Shown here: piece after piece, positions 51,714-53,085 of the stretch
How positions within the stretch are numbered: position 1 is the first letter of the stretch
How the letters are laid out: every line of letters starts with the position of its first letter
DNA from: an uncultured Candidatus Saccharibacteria bacterium
GTDB lineage: Bacteria > Patescibacteriota > Minisyncoccia > Minisyncoccales > Staskawiczbacteraceae
DNA: 53,085 bases
NCBI GenBank assembly: GCA_964516865.1
Contig: CAZEXD010000001.1
Location: forward strand, 1 to 53,085
Direction: 5' to 3'
The notes under the pieces: model-generated
Database searches by the model: none
What the model was told of the DNA's origin: nothing
The model's input: the letters and a program-made list of their open reading frames with translations, nothing else
Position numbers and translations under genes: made by a program

Positions 51714-51736
51714 TAGTATCCTATGCATCCTATTGA
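50741..51736 (+). CDS. DDE (rve integrase-core) transposase
   Basis: HTH (SKSSIYAWRKTL), LIQIDAI (D), VQTDNGAEF (D), NAQIESFNRTIQEDF (E), WYNTKRAHSSL; start 50741 or 50654. Confidence 0.8.
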   Translation: MIQAKAKKKAEIVSFFEKYGLDATISAFKISKSSIYAWRKTLRQNQGRIESLNEKSKAPKNPRKSKINPAIKEFIRNYRKEHPRIDKEKIKPELDAFCKKIGIKTISEPTIGRIIKELKEKGEIPKKFKVSFYGKTGKIVIRELKPKKPKLRRKGYHPEKPGDLIQIDAIVKFIWGLKRYIITAIYLKSEFAFARAYSHLSSKSAADFFEKLQKVAPFSVKRVQTDNGAEFHKRFRDNLEKKGIIQFFNYPRRPQMNAQIESFNRTIQEDFIDWNLDLLATDINTFNQKLVDWLLWYNTKRAHSSLNNQSPLQYLINNLGFSNMLVSYASY

Positions 51737-51780
51737 CATTTAAAATTTTATATGATATCATTAATAATATAAATAAAAAT

Positions 51781-53085
51781 ATGAAAGGGCTAACCAAAAT
51801 AAATAAAAAAATCGTTCTTAAGCTTTTTCTAATATTGCTTTTTTGCGGCATATTTTTTAGCGTTTTTTTGCAAAATATTTTAGCCGAACAGAGCTTGCAG
51901 AAAATATACGACCAAGATTGGGACGTGGACGATTGGGCGGTAATTTGGGATCGCGACGGAACCCCCTTACATTCACAAGGCCAACGGCACGATGATTATG
52001 TTTATTGGAATAAAAACGTAGATGTTCGGGTTTATGCCGGAGAAAAATTGCTGTATGAGAGCCGGCGTAAGGCATATCTTTTGATAAATTATTTAGACAA
52101 CAACAAAAACCTTATTCGTCAATATACCTTTGGTGCATATGAAAAAAGGGAGGTTAATTTAGAAAGCGATGGATATATCAGATTCCCGCAGGGGGCATAT
52201 GCGTCAGAGTATAACAAACTTGTTTTGGCAAAGAATGTTATTCCCGCCCTAACTGCTTCTTGTTCCGCCTCTCCCAATCCTGCTAATACCAACCAAACAG
52301 TGACTTTCAGTTCCTCGGTTAGCGGCGGCAGTGGTTCTTACATTTATTCCTGGACAGGCGCATGCACTGGCTCTAGCGCTAACTGTGACAATTCTTTTTC
52401 CACTGCCGGAACCCACACTGCTTATCTCACTGTCACTTCCGGAACCCAAACCGCTTCAACCAATTGTTCAGTTAATGTAAATCAAACCTGCACTCCGAAT
52501 AGTTACAGACAATGTTATAACGACGATGTTTATTGGTACGATTCTTGCGGCGTGAGAGGTTCTTTATATCAGACTTGTGGTCAGAGTGGCTGGACTGATA
52601 ACTATCGCTGTTCCTGTAACTGGCTGCAACGTCAATGGGCAAACAGAGGTTGTTCCAGCACTGCTTGTTATGAGACCCTTAATTGGTCCAATTACGAGTA
52701 TTGTTCTCAGGGTTGCCAAAACAACCAATGTGTTTCTCTCCCTTCTTTAACTGTTTCCTGTTCCGCTTCACCCAATCCTGCTAATACCAACCAAACAGTG
52801 AATTTCATTTCTCAGGTTAGCGGCGGCAGTGGTTCTTACAGGTATTCCTGGACAGGCGCATGCACTGGTACAGGAGCAAATTGTTCCACCTCTTTTTCCT
52901 CAGCCGGAACTCGCACCGCCACTGTGATCGTGACTTCCGGAACTCAAACAGCGTCGGCCAATTGTTCGGTTAATGTTCAAACGCCGGTTCCCACCCTTAC
53001 CGCTTCTTGTTCCGCCTCTCCCAATCCTGTTAATACCAACCAAACAGTGAATTTCATTTCTCAGGTTAGCGGCGGCAGTGGTTCT
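51781..53085 (+). CDS. Secreted/anchored protein with PKD/Ig-like Cys-containing repeats and a Cys-rich insert; 3'-partial; absent from the supplied ORF track
   Basis: My codon-by-codon translation from ATG 51781 found no stop through 53085 (435 codons). N-terminal hydrophobic anchor LKLFLILLFCGIFFSVF; repeats SCSASPNPANTNQTV.F.S.VSGGSGSY.YSWTGACTG...TSGTQTAS.NCSVNV. Confidence 0.75.
   Translation, partial: MKGLTKINKKIVLKLFLILLFCGIFFSVFLQNILAEQSLQKIYDQDWDVDDWAVIWDRDGTPLHSQGQRHDDYVYWNKNVDVRVYAGEKLLYESRRKAYLLINYLDNNKNLIRQYTFGAYEKREVNLESDGYIRFPQGAYASEYNKLVLAKNVIPALTASCSASPNPANTNQTVTFSSSVSGGSGSYIYSWTGACTGSSANCDNSFSTAGTHTAYLTVTSGTQTASTNCSVNVNQTCTPNSYRQCYNDDVYWYDSCGVRGSLYQTCGQSGWTDNYRCSCNWLQRQWANRGCSSTACYETLNWSNYEYCSQGCQNNQCVSLPSLTVSCSASPNPANTNQTVNFISQVSGGSGSYRYSWTGACTGTGANCSTSFSSAGTRTATVIVTSGTQTASANCSVNVQTPVPTLTASCSASPNPVNTNQTVNFISQVSGGSGS
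52249..52479 (+). repeat. PKD-like coding repeat, copy 1 (231 nt)
   Basis: Long near-identical stretches shared with 52747..52977, e.g. cccaatcctgctaataccaaccaaacagtga and gttagcggcggcagtggttcttac. Confidence 0.85.
52747..53085 (+). repeat. PKD-like coding repeats, copy 2 (52747..52977) and partial copy 3 (52996..window end)
   Basis: Copy 3 repeats cttcttgttccgcctctcccaatcct...caaacagtgaatttcatttctcaggttagcggcggcagtggttct almost exactly. Confidence 0.85.

Noticed and set aside
51597-52449. Track ORFs 51597..51851-, 51857..52075- and 52249..52449-
   Set aside because: They are antisense to the transposase end or to the long uninterrupted plus-strand frame 51781..53085, which has a signal anchor and repeated domains. 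Their products are Arg/Ser/Gly-rich mirror-frame artefacts.
1-53085. Alternative genetic code (UGA recoded), tRNA or rRNA genes
   Set aside because: Long ORFs with conserved C-termini end at TGA (e.g. 38481-38483), and none needs read-through. I saw no tRNA-like T-arm (GGTTCGAATCC-type) or rRNA-like segments by eye. A tRNAscan/Infernal run would be needed for certainty.

Overview
AT-rich bacterial window using the standard genetic code (TGA is used as a stop). Its gene families resemble small-genome Patescibacteria/CPR-like organisms, but that placement is only an inference. I saw no rRNA, tRNA or CRISPR array by eye.

Layout:
- 1-2.7 kb: a frameshifted lamin-tail/beta-helix surface protein.
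- 2.9-5.8 kb: a DeoR-type regulator, an ECF sigma factor, an L,D-transpeptidase and a membrane protein.
- 6.0-9.4 kb: a 1112-aa Thr/Ser-rich repeat protein with a peptidoglycan-binding domain, S-layer-like.
- 9.9-12.4 kb (minus strand): a Wzy_C/O-antigen-ligase-family protein with a TPR tail.
- 13.0-45.7 kb: an almost continuous plus-strand glycan-biosynthesis locus. It holds 2 Wzx flippases, 7 glycosyltransferases plus a PglC-like initiating transferase, ugd, gmd, fcl, 3 DegT aminotransferases, methyltransferases, a GT10 fucosyltransferase and a PglF/E/D/C-like trideoxyhexose cassette.
- 45.7-47.4 kb: a second secreted protein with a peptidoglycan-binding domain, carrying a gluzincin peptidase motif.
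- 47.6-53.1 kb: a PaaX-like gene, murB, hpf, pdaD, an IS element and a partial PKD-like surface protein that the ORF track omits.

Most unusual content:
- A complete PAPS-synthesis plus sulfotransferase module sits inside the glycan operon. Its ATP sulfurylase is fused to a pyruvate-kinase-like barrel.
- The surface protein, Wzy_C/TPR protein and glycan locus together look like a protein (S-layer) glycosylation system.
- Four small selfish-type cassettes (GxxExxY nuclease-like, four-helix-bundle, RAYT with REP hairpins, GIY-YIG) are each bounded by their own inverted repeats.
- Two small regulator genes are bracketed by long palindromes.
- A promoter, structured RNA and terminator unit lies upstream of murB.

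All functional calls come from motif recognition by eye. No database search was run.
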